DNA of 64,000 bases, from assembly GCF_009914755.1 (NCBI RefSeq), contig NC_060934.1. One strand, 5' to 3'. Position numbers and translations under genes: made by a program. The stretch is from the human T2T-CHM13v2.0 reference genome, Homo sapiens. Positions within the stretch are counted from its first letter, which is position 1; the number at the start of each line of letters is the position of its first letter. This document shows positions 1-14,429 of the stretch, one piece after another. The notes under the pieces are model-generated. The model saw only the letters and a program-made list of their open reading frames with translations. It had not been told where the DNA came from and did no database searches.

Positions 1-319
1 TACACCGGTACTATCAGCTTTCACTTTTCACAGCTCCCAAAACAAATAAATAAAAGAAAATAGCTTTCTTTTCTATGCCGTTTCTTTCTGAAATAGTACT
101 AATCTGCCTTACCTTTAATACTATCCCATAGACCCACCTAGTAGCTCTTCCCTTACGAGAGAGTTCTTTTGATCAGATAAGGTTTAATATGGAAAATAAA
201 AAGAAATAATCATTTAAAACTTGACCAAAATATTTTAAAAACATACACATATATACTCTACCTTAACATATGGTGAAAAGCAATTTTTCCTAAAATATAT
301 TCTATGAAAAAAAAATTTT

Positions 320-616
<297 letters not shown>

Positions 617-770
617 TTTATTTCCAATCAGTTGGAAAATGTAAGAATATGCAAAAATTTAACAGATTTCTTTAATGTGGGTTTTTCCTAGAACACCTTT
701 TTACATTTCAGAGGACATTAGAGTTCAGCAGGACACAGTTTGGTAAATATTAGTATAAAAAGTTAGGCTC

Positions 771-1090
771 AGCCGGGTGCGGTGGCTCATGTCTGTAATC
801 CCAGCACTTTGGGAGGCTGAGGTGGGCAGATCACGAGGTCAAGAGATCGAGACCATCCTGGCCAACATGGTGAAACCTCGTCTCTACTAAAAATACAAAA
901 ATTACCTGGGCGTGGTAGCACACGCCTGTAGTCCCACCTGCTCGGGAGGCTGAGGCAGGAAAATCGCTTGAACCAGGGAGGCAGAGATTGCAGTAAGCCT
1001 AGATGGTGCCACTGCACTCCAGCCTGGCAATAGAGCAAGACTCCATCTCAAAAAAAAAAAAAAAAAAAAAAAGAAAGGAGAAAAAAGAAA
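771..1090 (+). mobile_element. AluSc-like
   Basis: GATCACGAGGTCAAGAGATCGAG and CCTGGCAA diagnostics; TSD AAAAGTTAGGCTC/AAAAATCAGGCTC. Confidence 0.95.
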
Positions 1091-4000
1091 AAAATCAGGC
1101 TCTCTGTAGTCAAAAGTCAAACATTTTTACTGCTAAAATAAGGCATTATTTTTTTTCCTTGCTTAATTGCCATGCCAACTTTTATTGGTTCTTTCCTGTC
1201 TCCCAATGAGTTAAAAAAGAAAAAAGTATCCAAATGTGTTCCCACCCCAACCCAAGCCTGTGATCACTTCTTTGTTTTTTTGCTTCCCTCTAAGGGTATT
1301 TCTCCCTATAATTATACTCACACTTTAAGAAGTAGGAGCCATTATACTTTATTTTCAAATTTCAAATTAGAAAGTGATTTGGGTTTGGAAGCTTGTTTCT
1401 GTCTCTGGCTATCCAACTGTTTCTCGGCTCCAAGATGTGAAACTGTTTCTTCACCCTAACGGCAAAAGGGCACCTGCTATTGAGCGTGCTTTGAGCGTTA
1501 TTCTCCCAATAGTACCCTAGATAGGTAAGACATTTTTGAAATCAAAAATAAACAAAAACTTCTTGTTGTGATTTCTCTGTGTACCAAAACATCCTCTTGA
1601 CATAAACTGTGTTATCCTAATGACACAGACAAACACAAATTATCTTCATTTGGGTTGCAGAGTTGGGGGTCATTTCTTGTGCTTATGAGCCTGCTATTCT
1701 GCAACTGTGAGATTTCAGACATGTTCAATTTGTGGATTTTATTTTTTATTACACACACATGTGTAGTATTATTGCTTGTAATACCTTGTATGAATATAAA
1801 AAGATTGTCATTTTTCAGGTGTATATTAACTTCATTAATTTTTTACAATTCAAATGATGGAGAGATTCCTATTGAAGGATACTTAGCTTTTTCTAATAAT
1901 TCAGTTATGATTTTATATTCAATGTAAATGATTTTGTCTCTCTGGGGCCAGATTATCCTATTTACCTTGACCCCCTACCATGACAATTTAAATACTGCAT
2001 TTAACTGTAGTATATGTAAGATTGTCCTTAACAAATATGAGACTTGAAAGGTTGTTTTTGTTTGTGTCCTCTCCTCTGAAGTTTTCCTTTTAGGATGACA
2101 GCATACGATAGATGTGTTCTAGTAAAGTGCTTCTTTTATTCATGAATTACAAATAGCTTAAGAAAATGTTTAAAGTAAAGCTATAATGATTAGTCCTGGT
2201 AGTCTCCATTTTATTCAGAATGTCTCTGTCAGAAATTATGTCATCACTATGGACTGTTAGCCAGGAAGTTCTGTCTAGCAGATGAATGAATAGGGAGTAC
2301 TGAGTTTTCTAATAAAAGACACTGTTGTAATATTGAAATACTGCTAATGGAGGTTGCCAGTTTTCTGTTCTTAAATTTACAGGACATCTTCTGTGATTAA
2401 AGTAAGGAATACTTAGAGCAAGTCCTTAGAGTAAACCAACTATAAACTTAAGAAACCGGAAATAGAATTTTTTTTTTTTAAACAATGCCATTTAAGTCCC
2501 TAACTTGTCTTGGTTCAGCTGCTAGACATTTGTTCCTTTGTCTCAAAAACGTTAGCAGAAAGCAATAAATATAGTTCTTGCTTTACTCAGCTAACATCTG
2601 ATTTTATCTGCACATTGCTTCCATCTTAAAACTTTCTTACCTTACTAGTCTGAATGGCTTGTGTAGCCTAATACTGTTATAATTGTCAGAACAAAGGGTT
2701 TGATTATTTTGGCAAGGAAAAAAGCCTGGTAATAGTATTTGCATTTCAATTAATTGTTTCATTCTGATTTGAAATGTGACTTATGTTAGATACATCTCTG
2801 ACCCTTCCCTATCTCAGTACTAATACTAATATGTTGTATTTCCACTACAATAGCATTACATCTTACAAACATTTATTTCCTTTATAACTGACGTAGAGCT
2901 TTCCACATAGTAGATATTTAATATAATTGATGGTTTGGAATTCATACATTTTGTAGGCTAAGTATAACTCTCCTACTGTTTCACCTACTTCCTAAGCTAG
3001 ATTTATCTTTACAGGTACTAGACTTTATAGAACTAATGGTAAATTCAGTATGCATATCTTCTGTAGTAAACATAGAAAAACATTTTTGTAATAGTGCTCC
3101 CCAAATTTTAGTTTCTTGACTAGTAATGAAATATCTTATCTGTACTAGAGTTTTGTTATACAATAATGACAGCATTTTCATGTGCTATGTTATGGCCAGT
3201 TAACTAAAAATAAGTGGATATTTAAAATGGAAAATGAAATTATCCTGTTGCCTGAAATATCTTGACTCAGGTTCTATTACAGGTTGCATATGGTATCTGT
3301 TAGAGCTTTGAATCTATGTTGGTTGTTGAGTTATTATGTGCATTAACTATTGCATTCAAAAGTTCTTTAAAAGCATATGTCTGTTTTAAATCTTATACAA
3401 ATTCCTTGCAGGTTTTGAGAGCAGTCTTTTTGTATGTCTTTCTTGTTTGTTGTTTTGTTTTTATACCAGAGCACCATGTCCTAAGCAGCAGTAAATTTAA
3501 AACATTGCTTAGGATAGTTTTATAATATCATTAATAGATTTTTATATTAGATAGTTTCTCTGAATTATTGACCTATTATAGGGAACATGGAAAAATTTAG
3601 AAAAATTAGAAGTTATACGGAGTATTAAGAAAAAAACTTTATATTTTGGTACTCCCAGGAAAACTAAAACCTCTTTCTAAGAGTATATTTTAGGAAATTT
3701 TCTAAAATTTTGTAAATCAACCTACAGAGAAAAAAAGTATAGAAAGTATTTTGAAATATTTGTGTGTATATGTGTGTGTGTGTACACAAGCCACATTTTC
3801 TCCTAGAACTCACTACTGAAATTTCTGAAAGTGATTCAATAAGATATATATTTCATATCTGGTTTTTAAAATCCATAGAATTTTTGTGTTTTGACCATCA
3901 GGTAGAGTCTTACAGTTTAGTCACAGTGGAATCATCAGCTTCAAAATGAAAGAACAAGATAGTCTCTTGGCATTCAAAAATTTAGCATACTTTAACTCAT

Positions 4001-4465
4001 ATTTGCTGTGATGTTAGGTAGTGAATTATTCTTGTTAACTATCTAGCGTCCAATGTGACATGTGTTTGTTGTTACCTACAACTTATCAAATAAACAGTTA
4101 CCCTCTGGAATGATAAGAACTTGGGCTTTTTATGAAAAATACCCTCTAAATGAGGACAGAAATCTATATTAAGGATAGGCTATTGATTAAATTTAGAGAT
4201 ACACATAAAGATGACTCTCATATAAAATTTAGAATAAACATGAAAGTTTTAGCATGTCCAGACTTTAGGGATTTAGACTTTATGAAGGTCTCAAGCCTGT
4301 CTCCTGGAATTCCAACGTTGTGATGACTCAAATTTTATCAGTAAATATGGAAAAATAAGCTAAAGTTCTTGAGAAATTGCTATCTAATAAGTGATTATTT
4401 TATTTTTTTTCTAGTTTTAAAATAAAAAATCTTTACTATTTATTAGATTCACCAGTGTTTTATAC

Positions 4466-4993
4466 TGGGGGTCCCCAACCTTTTTGGCACCAAGGACTGT
4501 TTCGTGGAAGATCATTTTCCACAGGGCAGGGTGGGGGAGGGGTGGTTTCAGGATTATTCAAGTGCATTGCATTTGTCGTGCACTTTATTTCTGTTATTAT
4601 TACAGTATAATATATAATGAAATAATTATACAACTCACCATAATGTAGAATCAGTGGGAGCTCTGAACTTGTTTTCCTGCAACTAGACAGTCCCATCTGG
4701 GGGTGATGGGAGTCAGTGACAGATCATCAGGCACTAGATTCTCATAAGGAGCACATAAGCTAGATCCCTCACATGCACAATTCACAATAGGGTTCGCACT
4801 CTAATGAGAATCTAATGCCGCCAGTTATCTGACAGGAGGTGGAGGTCAGACAGTAATTTGAGCAATGAGGAGTGGCTGTAAATACAGATGAAGCTTCACT
4901 TGCACATCTGGCACTCACCTCCTGCTGTGTGGCCCAGTTCCTAACAGGCCATGGATTTGTATCCGTCCATGTCTGAGGGGTTGGGGACCCTTG
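4466..4993. mobile_element. MER1A (hAT-Charlie non-autonomous DNA transposon), complete
   Basis: TIRs GGGGTCCCCAACC / GGTTGGGGACCC; 528 bp; perfect 8-bp TSD TTTTATAC at 4458-4465 and 4994-5001. Confidence 0.9.
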
Positions 4994-5585
4994 TTTTATA
5001 CAATTCTAATTGTGTCATTGAATTTCTTTTTTCTTTTTTCTCATTGTTAGGAGGCTAAAAACAAACTTGTCTTGTGCAGATTCGTCGTCTTTACCACCAA
5101 ATTTTTGTCATGGTATCTTGTCTTTTTTTTACGTCTTTCTAAACTGCCTTAATCCTTGTAAGGGAATAGGTAAGGTGTAAATATAATTAATAAGGTGCAA
5201 GGAAATGTTATTAGAAAGAAATTAGATTGTTATTTGAAAACATACAGAGCCTAAATGTAAGAGAAATGTCCTAAGCAAAACTTATTAACAGGAAATTTAC
5301 TGAATTGGAAAGTACTCTTGATTTTATGACTAATATGAATTGAGGTATTCTTATAGACACTCAGAGATTCCTGTACACATGTTACTTGTGTTTTTCCAAA
5401 ACTATATACGTATAGTCTTTTTACAAATAAACAGTGGCCACCAAGAAAAATTACAGCAGTACACATAAGACATACCGTATACATGATACTCAACTTTGTC
5501 TATATCCTTTGTGTTCAAGTTTCTAGAAATTTTCATCTTTGTAAGGATATCATGTGAGTGTGCTCAAGGTTTGTTCTAAGAATCT

Positions 5586-5893
5586 AGCTGAGCACAGTGG
5601 CTCATGCCTGTAATCACAATACCTTGAGAGTCTGAGGCAAAAGGAACATTTGAGCCCAGGAGTTCAAGACCAGCCTGGGCAACATAGGGAGACCCCCATC
5701 TCTATTAATTTAAAAAAAAAAATTACCTGGACATGGTGGCATGCATCTTTGGTCCCAGCTACTTGGGAGGCTGAAGCAAGAGGATCAAGAGGATCACTTG
5801 AGCCTGGAAGGTCGAGGTTGCAGGGAGCCACAGTCATGACTCTGCACTCCAGCCTTGGTGATACAGCGAGACCATGTCTTTAAAAAAATAAAA
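5586..5893 (+). mobile_element. AluJ
   Basis: Dimeric Alu with TTGAGCCCAGGAGTTC; TSD AAGAATCT. Confidence 0.92.
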
Positions 5894-6021
5894 TAAGAAT
5901 CTATACACAATTCATGGAATGATGTTGTTTTATAGTTTTACTGTATATTTGTTTCTGTCATAACTTCCAATATCCCAAAAACTTTTTAATTATTTTTATT
6001 CAAGACATACATACAGAAGCA

Positions 6022-6190
6022 GGCCAGGCACAGTGGCTGATGCCTGTAATCCCAACATTTTTGGAAGCCACGATGGGTGGGTTACTTGAGCTCAACAGTT
6101 TGATGCTACAGTGAGCTATGATCATGCCACTGCACTGCAGCCTGGGCAACTATTTAAGAAAAAAAGAGAGAGAAAAAGAGAGAGAGAGAG
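6022..6190 (+). mobile_element. Alu monomer (left-arm 5' fused to right-arm 3') with (GA)n tail
   Basis: Left-arm start runs directly into CAGTGAGCTATGATCATGCCACTGCAC; AGAAGCA flanks both sides. Confidence 0.8.
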
Positions 6191-6254
6191 AAGCAGAAAT
6201 TCAAAGGACACTTTTTGAAATGTACTTAATGTAAAGGCTGCTTTGCATGGTTAA

Positions 6255-7080
6255 TTTATTCCTATTAAAGGAATACTACATTCCTGCCACTTTTCTAGGT
6301 GGTGAATTTATAGCAGCGACCAGGTAAATATTGCTGTCCTCAGGGTGCTTACCTTTCAGTGGGTAATGCTTTAAACAAAATATCTAGTATATTAGATGGT
6401 AATAAGAACCTTGGAGAAAAATAAAACAGAAAAGAGTGTTCAGGTCTAGCATGAAAGGTTACACTTTCAAATCTGATCATTAGGGAAAGTCTCACCCAAG
6501 ACAGTGATGTTTAAAAATATTTCAAGAAGCAAGTTGTGCACATATTAGGGAGAAAAACAATCAGTGAATAAATAGCAAGTATAAAGTCTCTATGCCAGGA
6601 GCATAGCATGTTTAAGGAATAGCCAGGAGATTAATATGGCTAGAGTAAAATGAGCAATGGGAAAAGTAAGTAGGAGATATAATTACACTGGGAAAGAGTC
6701 TAGGGGCATATTAAATAAGACTTTATAGGTCATTATAAAGACTTTGTTGTTTTTGTTTTGTTTTGACTCTGAATGAGATCAAAAGCCTTTAGAGGGTTTT
6801 GTGCAGACGAGAAACATAACATGACTTATATTTTAGTAGGGTTATTCTCACTGTTATATGGACAAAACTGAATGGGGCAAAGATAGAAATAGGGAGATCA
6901 CTTTGGAGGTCATTGCAATAATCCAGTGGGAGATATGATGACTTGGACTAGAGAATTAGCAATGGAGGTGTTAAGATACAATCAGGCTCTGGATATAGTG
7001 TGTAGGTAGATTTAATAGAAATTGCTGTTGAATTGAAGAATAGTTTACGAGAGAAATGAGTCAAGGGTGGAAGCTTCATT
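6255..7080 (-). mobile_element. L2 remnant
   Basis: Purine-rich degenerate match to the L2 3' region (e.g. GGCTAGAGTAAAATGAGCAATGGG, TTGCAATAATCCAG). Confidence 0.75.
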
Positions 7081-9859
7081 AACTAAGAGAGGGTAAATGG
7101 GGATAATTTGGTCTAGTTTTGTATAAATTATGGGGAAAGTCTTGGTCTCATAGTTTAGCATTCCATAGTACATTCTCCATAGTGTATAAGTGATAGGTTT
7201 TACTAATTTAATAATTTTTTTGTCTCAAACTTGTGACTTAGACTTTGATAAACTTCTGTTTATGATAGATGGATTTTTAATTGATTTTATTGTTTGTATT
7301 TTATAATGGATTTTAAGGCATATTAGTGAAAACACAACTTAAAATTTATTTTCTTACCTTACTAACATTCCAAAAAAGGAACGTATACTGTATAATGTTT
7401 TTTTGTCTCACTAATATATTCGTATCCCTCTTCCCCCTTCTTGGCAAACTTGTCTGAAAGTATACTGTTGCATGTTATGTCATGGATGTACCGGAGCATG
7501 TGTGTAAAATACATGTCATAAATGGAAGCAGCTGGTTTCCTATGCAGTTAAGAGAAGAAATGCATACAGCTGAGCTCTTCAAACTTCAGAACTCATTGGA
7601 TTCAGTTTCTATCCTGTGTAAGCATGCTATGATTTCAAATAGTACAAATGTATAACAAGTTACCTTAATAGCTTAAAAAATTATTTTGTTTCGATAGTTG
7701 AACTACTAAATCTGTTTTATTCTCTTTCCCTCTGCCTTCAGTCCCTACTTACCTATCCTACCTCTTGAAAAGAACATTACACCTATAGTCTTAGTTTTAA
7801 ATTCGAATCTGAAAAGGCCTTGGCAAGAGTTGGGAAAAAGTTATCATCTCAAAGGGAAAAGCTGAATTCATACACAGGAACTGCAGGATTACTCTGGCGT
7901 TTTACTAGTCCCTTGCAGCACTCGCAAGTCCCATAAATACCTAATGGAAAAACAGCAGAAAATGAGATCTGCAGCAGCCTTTTGAGATCAAATTTATGTT
8001 GCTGAACATTTTTTTGAGGTTGAGTGTAAAGGTCAAAAGAAAGTGGGTAGATTAAAGTTGCTGATTTTTGCAAACTTAAGGCCATTTTTAAAGGTTTCTC
8101 TTTCTGTAGCAAGAAAATTTCAAGATAAATGGCTTTGCTTCATTAGCTGAAATGTCATGTCTTCCTTTAATATCTGTTACCTGAGACATTTAGTGATTTA
8201 GTGGTATTTATATACAACAAATAAAAATCTCAATCCACTTTAACAAATCTAGATAAATTTATGAAATTGCAGATCTTTCCAAGAACAGCATGATGATAAA
8301 TTAATGTATATATACATGTTTGTATTGCCATGTATATATGTATCTTAAATGACATATTTTAGATGTTTTTGTATGATACAGAAGGAAAAGATAATAATCA
8401 AAGTTTTGTATTTTTAAAGTATAGGTTATTGATCCAGCAGTGTAATTATAACCATCTTTTTTTAAAATTATTTCTTATATTAAACTATTACAATGAAGAT
8501 AAATGACCTCAAAGAAAAGATCGTGCATGTAATAGCATTAAAACAAAATTCATGGATGCTTTTAATGGTCTCTTACCTTTTGAACAACATTTTAACACGT
8601 TGTTACTGGTGCAAGCCTATATCTAAGAAACTGTGAGTTACTAGGGTACTGCAGACTTGATGCAATGAAGAACAATAAACTGCCATTTCTGGACATCTCT
8701 ATCCTGAGTTGATAGTACAGAAAGCCACCACATATGTTAACGTGAAGTTATAGATTATTTATATCTCCAGGGCTTGCTTCGTGTCTTTGATTTCGTAGTT
8801 CAGATTGCCCAGTTATTAGTACTTAGAATTCAAAAGAATAAGATAAAAAATTTTTACTTAATACATTCATTTCTGCATCACAATAAAGAGTTTTCATGGA
8901 AATTATCCAGATAATTTCATAGTAGAATAATATATGAAATGAAATCTTTTCTTTTTTATGGTAGTTGATAATTAATAGTAAATCTATTCAGTTTATCTCT
9001 AAGAAGTCAGATTATGGGAGACTTGTCTCTATTTTTCTCTATTTAATTTTCCCAAAAAAATTCATAAGGAAAATATTAATTTTCATTTAAATCTCTATAT
9101 TAAACATTAAGTGATCTTTTTATGCCTTGGAATCACAATGAATATAAATGTTATTTTTATTATAGTTGATTTTGCAGTTTCAATTCATTTCTATTAAATA
9201 TTTTAATAAACATTTTTATGAAACTAGGTAGAGGTCACAAATCTCATTAGTCACTGACAGCCAATTCTCAAACCCAGGTCTTTTCCTGTATACCACATTT
9301 CCTCATTAGTTCTCACTACACTGTATGGCTATTTCCGCCTCTTAACTTTTTATATTTTATTACACTCTTAAAGTACAACTGTACTTCTCTTCTCAAGTGC
9401 CCTTTTCTATTCAGTAAGGGTCCCAGGTGAGCAATGATTCTGACTGGGGAAGAGGGAGAAGATGGTGTTGTAGCAAGTAGTATTAAAAGGCCCTTAGGAA
9501 GGTAGATAGATGTATAATTTTGTCTCTTTCTTCTCACTGTTTTCGTAAAGACAAAGGCTATGCCTTAACTTTTTTGCCATTCTTATTTTTGAGACTACCC
9601 ATTAGGGATTGTTTTTGATGTTGTTGAGATGAAGTATTTGGTGAAGCCAAAACCTCCTTGACTTTTATAGTTTTAATAAGTTTGTGCTCTCCAAACCTTC
9701 ATAAAGTAATGTCTAGTGATCCTTTCAGATATGGCATGCTGTCATGTCAGCTTTAAATAATTGTTAATGGCATGATTTTTAACATTTTACCTAGTTAGAA
9801 TCAGTAAAATTTATTATATATACTCTTTGCTGATCAGTAGAGCCTCTTATGAAGGAGTC

Positions 9860-10035
9860 AGTATGATGTGCTGGATAGAGCATTAGATGGCAAATTGGGC
9901 CTCAGATATTATTAGGCATAGTTTTGCCACTAATTTGTATAATGTGCAAGTTTAATAACCTTTCTGGGCCTACAGTTCTCCTCTTCTGAAATGGAAAGAT
10001 GAATAGGTTATCTCTAAAGTCTATCCAGATCTAAA
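9860..10035 (+). mobile_element. MIR
   Basis: Core-like CAGTTCTCCTCTTCTGAAATGG and 3' TCTCTAAAGTCTATCCAG. Confidence 0.65.
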
Positions 10036-10280
10036 GATCTATTTTATTATAGAAAACTTTTAATCATACACACAAAGATAGAATAAAAATAAATGGCATT
10101 ATGAATCCCTGTGTATTCATTACCTGTCCTCATATGTTATCAATAGTAACCCCTTAGTATCTTCTAATACCTAGTTCATATTAAAATTTCAATTAAAGTA
10201 TCTAGTCCATATTAAAATATCATCTCAGTAATAATAGTTTCTAGTTGCTTTGTTTTGTTCAAATTATAATCTAGACAAGG

Positions 10281-10328
10281 GGTGTGTGTGTATGTGCATG
10301 TGTGGGTGTGTGTGTGTGAGAGAGAGAG
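10281..10328. repeat. Imperfect (GT)n(GA)n microsatellite
   Basis: Seen directly. Confidence 0.85.
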
Positions 10329-10388
10329 ATCTAGTTGTGTTTTTAAGACTTATGGTCAAAAATACATATCATAAAATTTCCCACTTTA

Positions 10389-10681
10389 GGCTGTACATGG
10401 TGGCTCACACCTGTAATCCCAGCACTCTGGGAGACCAAGGCAGGAGGATTGCTTGAGCCCAGGAATTTGAGAACAGCCTGAGCAATGTTGCAAAACCCCA
10501 TCCCTACAAAAAATTATGAAAATTAGCCGGGCATGATAGTGCGCACTTGTAGTCTGAGCTACTCGGGAGGCTAAGGTGAGAAAATCACCTGAGCCCAGGA
10601 GTTTGATGCTGCAGTGAACTGTGATTGCACCACTGCACTCCAGCCTGGGTGATAGAGTGAGCCCTTGTCTCAAAAGAAAAA
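10389..10681 (+). mobile_element. AluJ
   Basis: Full dimer with J diagnostics. Confidence 0.93.
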
Positions 10682-10693
10682 TATTTTTTAACC

Positions 10694-10996
10694 TTTTAAT
10701 TTATTTTTTAGAGATAGGGTCTCACTGTGTCACCCAGAACTGGAGTGTAGTAGTGCATAGCATAGCTCACTGTAACCTTGAACTCCTGGGGCTCGAGTGA
10801 TCCTCCTACTTCAGCCTCCAGAGTAGCTAGGACTACAGGCACACACCACCTCACCCAGCTCATTTTAAAAATTTTTTGTAGAGCTGGGGTTTTGCCATGT
10901 TGCCCAGGCTGTTCTCAAACTCCTGGCCTCAAGTGATCCTCCTATCTTGGCCTCCCAAAATGCTGGGATTATAGGCATAAGCCACCGTGCCCAGTC
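10694..10996 (-). mobile_element. AluJ, tail-to-tail with the previous Alu
   Basis: Reverse-complement dimer. Confidence 0.93.
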
Positions 10997-11201
10997 TATC
11001 TTAACCATTTTTAAGTGTAAAGTACAGTAATGTTAATTGTATGCACATTGTGTGCAATAGATTTCTTGTACAAACACCTTGCAAAACGGAAACTCTGTAG
11101 CCATTGAACAGTAATTCCCCTTTGCCCCCTTCATACAGCCCCAGGCAACCACCATTCCACTCTGATTCCGTGAATTTGACTATTTTAGATATTTCATGTA
11201 A

Positions 11202-11682
<481 letters not shown>

Positions 11683-12546
11683 TGATGGACATTTAGATTG
11701 CTTCCACTTCTTTGCTATTTTGAATAATTCTGAGATGAATATGGGTGTGCAAATATCTCATCAACATCTTGTTTTCAGATCTTTTGGATATATTTCCAGA
11801 AGTGAGATTGCTGGCATTTTTAATTTTTTGAGGATACTTCATAGTGTTTTCATAGTGGCTTTGTCATCTAACATTGTCAGCAATAGTGCACAAGCGTTTC
11901 AATTTCTCCACATCCTCACTAGCACTTGTTATTTTTCGGTTTTTTTTTTTTAATAGTGGTCATCCTAATGAGTATGCAATATCTCATTGTGGATTTGATT
12001 TTCATTTCCCTAATGATTAGTGATGTTGAGCATCTTTTCATATACCTGTTGGCCATTCTGTATCTTCTTTGAAAAATATCTATTCAAGCCCTTTGACAAT
12101 TTTTCATTTGGATTCTTTCGGGGGTGAGGTGTTGTGGAGTTCCTTATATATTCTGAATATTGATCCCTTATTGGATATATGGTTTGTAACTATTTTCTCT
12201 CACTTCATAAGTTGCCTTTTTACTCTGTTGTTTCCTTTGCTGTGCAATAGTTTGTAAGTTTGGTAGTCCCATTTGTCTTATTTTTCCTTTTGTTGCCCAT
12301 GCTTTTGGTGTCTTATCTAAGAAATTATTACCAAATTCATTGCTGTGAAACTTTTTTCTCCAGTGTTTTCTTCTTGGAGTTGTGTAGTTTTAGGTTTTAA
12401 ATTTAATTGTTTAATTCATTTTGAGTTTATTTTTATATACACAATAAGGTAAGGGTCTAACTTTATTCTTTTGCATGTGGATATCCTGTTTTTCCCACCA
12501 CCATTTCTCAAAGAAACTATCCTGTATGCATTATCAGTACTATACT

Positions 12547-12847
<301 letters not shown>

Positions 12848-13532
12848 TATCAGTACTATACTGTTTTGATTGCTGTTGCTTTGTGTAATATGTTTTGAAA
12901 TCAGGAACTCTGAGGCCTCTATCTTTGTTTTTCTTTCTTGAGATTGTTATGGTATTTGGGGGCCTTTGCAGTTTTATATGAATTTTAGAATTTTTTTCTA
13001 TATCTGCAAAAAAATGTCATTGGGATTTGTATAGGAATTGCATGTGCAAAGGAATCTGTACATTCCTTTCAGTAGTATGGATATTTTAACAGTATTAAGT
13101 TCCAATCCATGAACACAGGACGTCTTTTCATTTATTGGTGTCTTCTTTAATTTCTTTCAGCAATGTTTTGTGGTTTTCAATGTAAAAATCTTGTGCCTCC
13201 TTGGTTACTCATAAGTATTTTATTCATTTTTAATGCTACTATTAATATATTTGTTTTCTTAATTTTCTTTTTGGGTTGTTCATTGTTAGTATTTTCAAAC
13301 ACAATTAATTGTTTTATGTTTATTTTGTGTCCTGCAACTTTGCTGAATTTATTTATTCCTCCTAATAGGTTTTTTTGTATGTGCAGTCTCTAGGCTTTTT
13401 ATACATACAAGATTGTGTTATCTAAAGAAATAATTCTACTTCTCTGTTTCCAACTTGTATGCCTCCTATTTCCTCTTTCCTTTCTTTCTTTCTTTAGCTG
13501 ACTGCTCTGGATACAACTTCCAGCACTACTGT

Positions 13533-13685
13533 GTTGGGCCTGGTGGTATGCTCCTGTAGTCCTACATACTTGGAAGGCTAAGGCAGGAGAATCACGAGTT
13601 CAGGAGTTCAAGGTTACAGTGAGCTGTGGTCATACCACTGCACTCCAGTCTGGGTGATAGAGCAAGATCCCGTCGGTAAAAAAAA
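13533..13685 (+). mobile_element. FRAM / Alu right-arm monomer
   Basis: Right-arm sequence only. Confidence 0.8.
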
Positions 13686-14086
13686 GTGGCAAGGGGGGCA
13701 TCCTTGCTTTATTCATTGTCTTTGAGGGAAAGCTTTCTGTTTTTTACCATCGAGTATTATATTACCCATCGGCTTTTCATATACAGTCTTTATTGGGTTG
13801 AGGTGATTTCCTCTGTGCCTTTTTTTTATTTAATTATAAAAAGATGTTGAATTTTGCCAAATAGTTTTTCTGCATCAATAGAGATGTCATCTAGTTGTGA
13901 TGTCTGATAAGATTCTTCTTTCTGTAAGTCATTTTCCTCCCCTCCACTCCATTTTTTAGCTTTCCTTTGGTTTGTCAGAGAAGCCAGGTCTTACATTTGT
14001 CTCATATAATGTTCTACAAGGTTCAGTGCTTCCTTTTGTAGTGTTGTTCCTCTATCACCTAATTTCCTAATAAGACCTAGAAATGC

Positions 14087-14262
14087 ATTGTCGTCTGGTA
14101 GCTACTAGCTACATGTGGCTCTTTACCTGTACATTTTTAAAAATTAAAGTTTAAAATTTTCAGCCATTGTAGCCACTTATCAAGTGCTCATATAGCCAAA
14201 TAGGGGTAGTGGCTACCATATGGGATAGGGAAAAGGAACATTTCCGTCATCGCAGAAAGTGG
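14087..14262. mobile_element. MER3-like hAT MITE
   Basis: TAGCTACTAGCTACATGTGGCT ... TAGTGGCTACCATAT ... GAACATTTCCGTCATCGCAGAAAGT. Confidence 0.75.
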
Positions 14263-14429
14263 TCTCATATAAAGAACTGATATGACAGTGTTTTTTCCAT
14301 ACTCTATTTTGTCTTTTTCCACATGCCAGCTATCTCAACACCATTTGGGGCTATTTTTAGATGTCATAATTTTAGCCAATACTAATGGGTATTTATTGAT
14401 ATCTCATTGTGGCTATTTTTTCATCAATA

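Noticed and set aside
5051-5169. Alternative exon using the strong acceptor at 5050 and donor TAG|gtaagg
   Set aside because: One frame is open but crosses an intron-like T-run and gives an implausible peptide. It cannot be supported without RNA data.
7358-7453. Minus-strand exon KFAKKGEEGYEYISETKK...
   Set aside because: The frame hits TAG TAA before the donor, and the acceptor lacks a pyrimidine tract.
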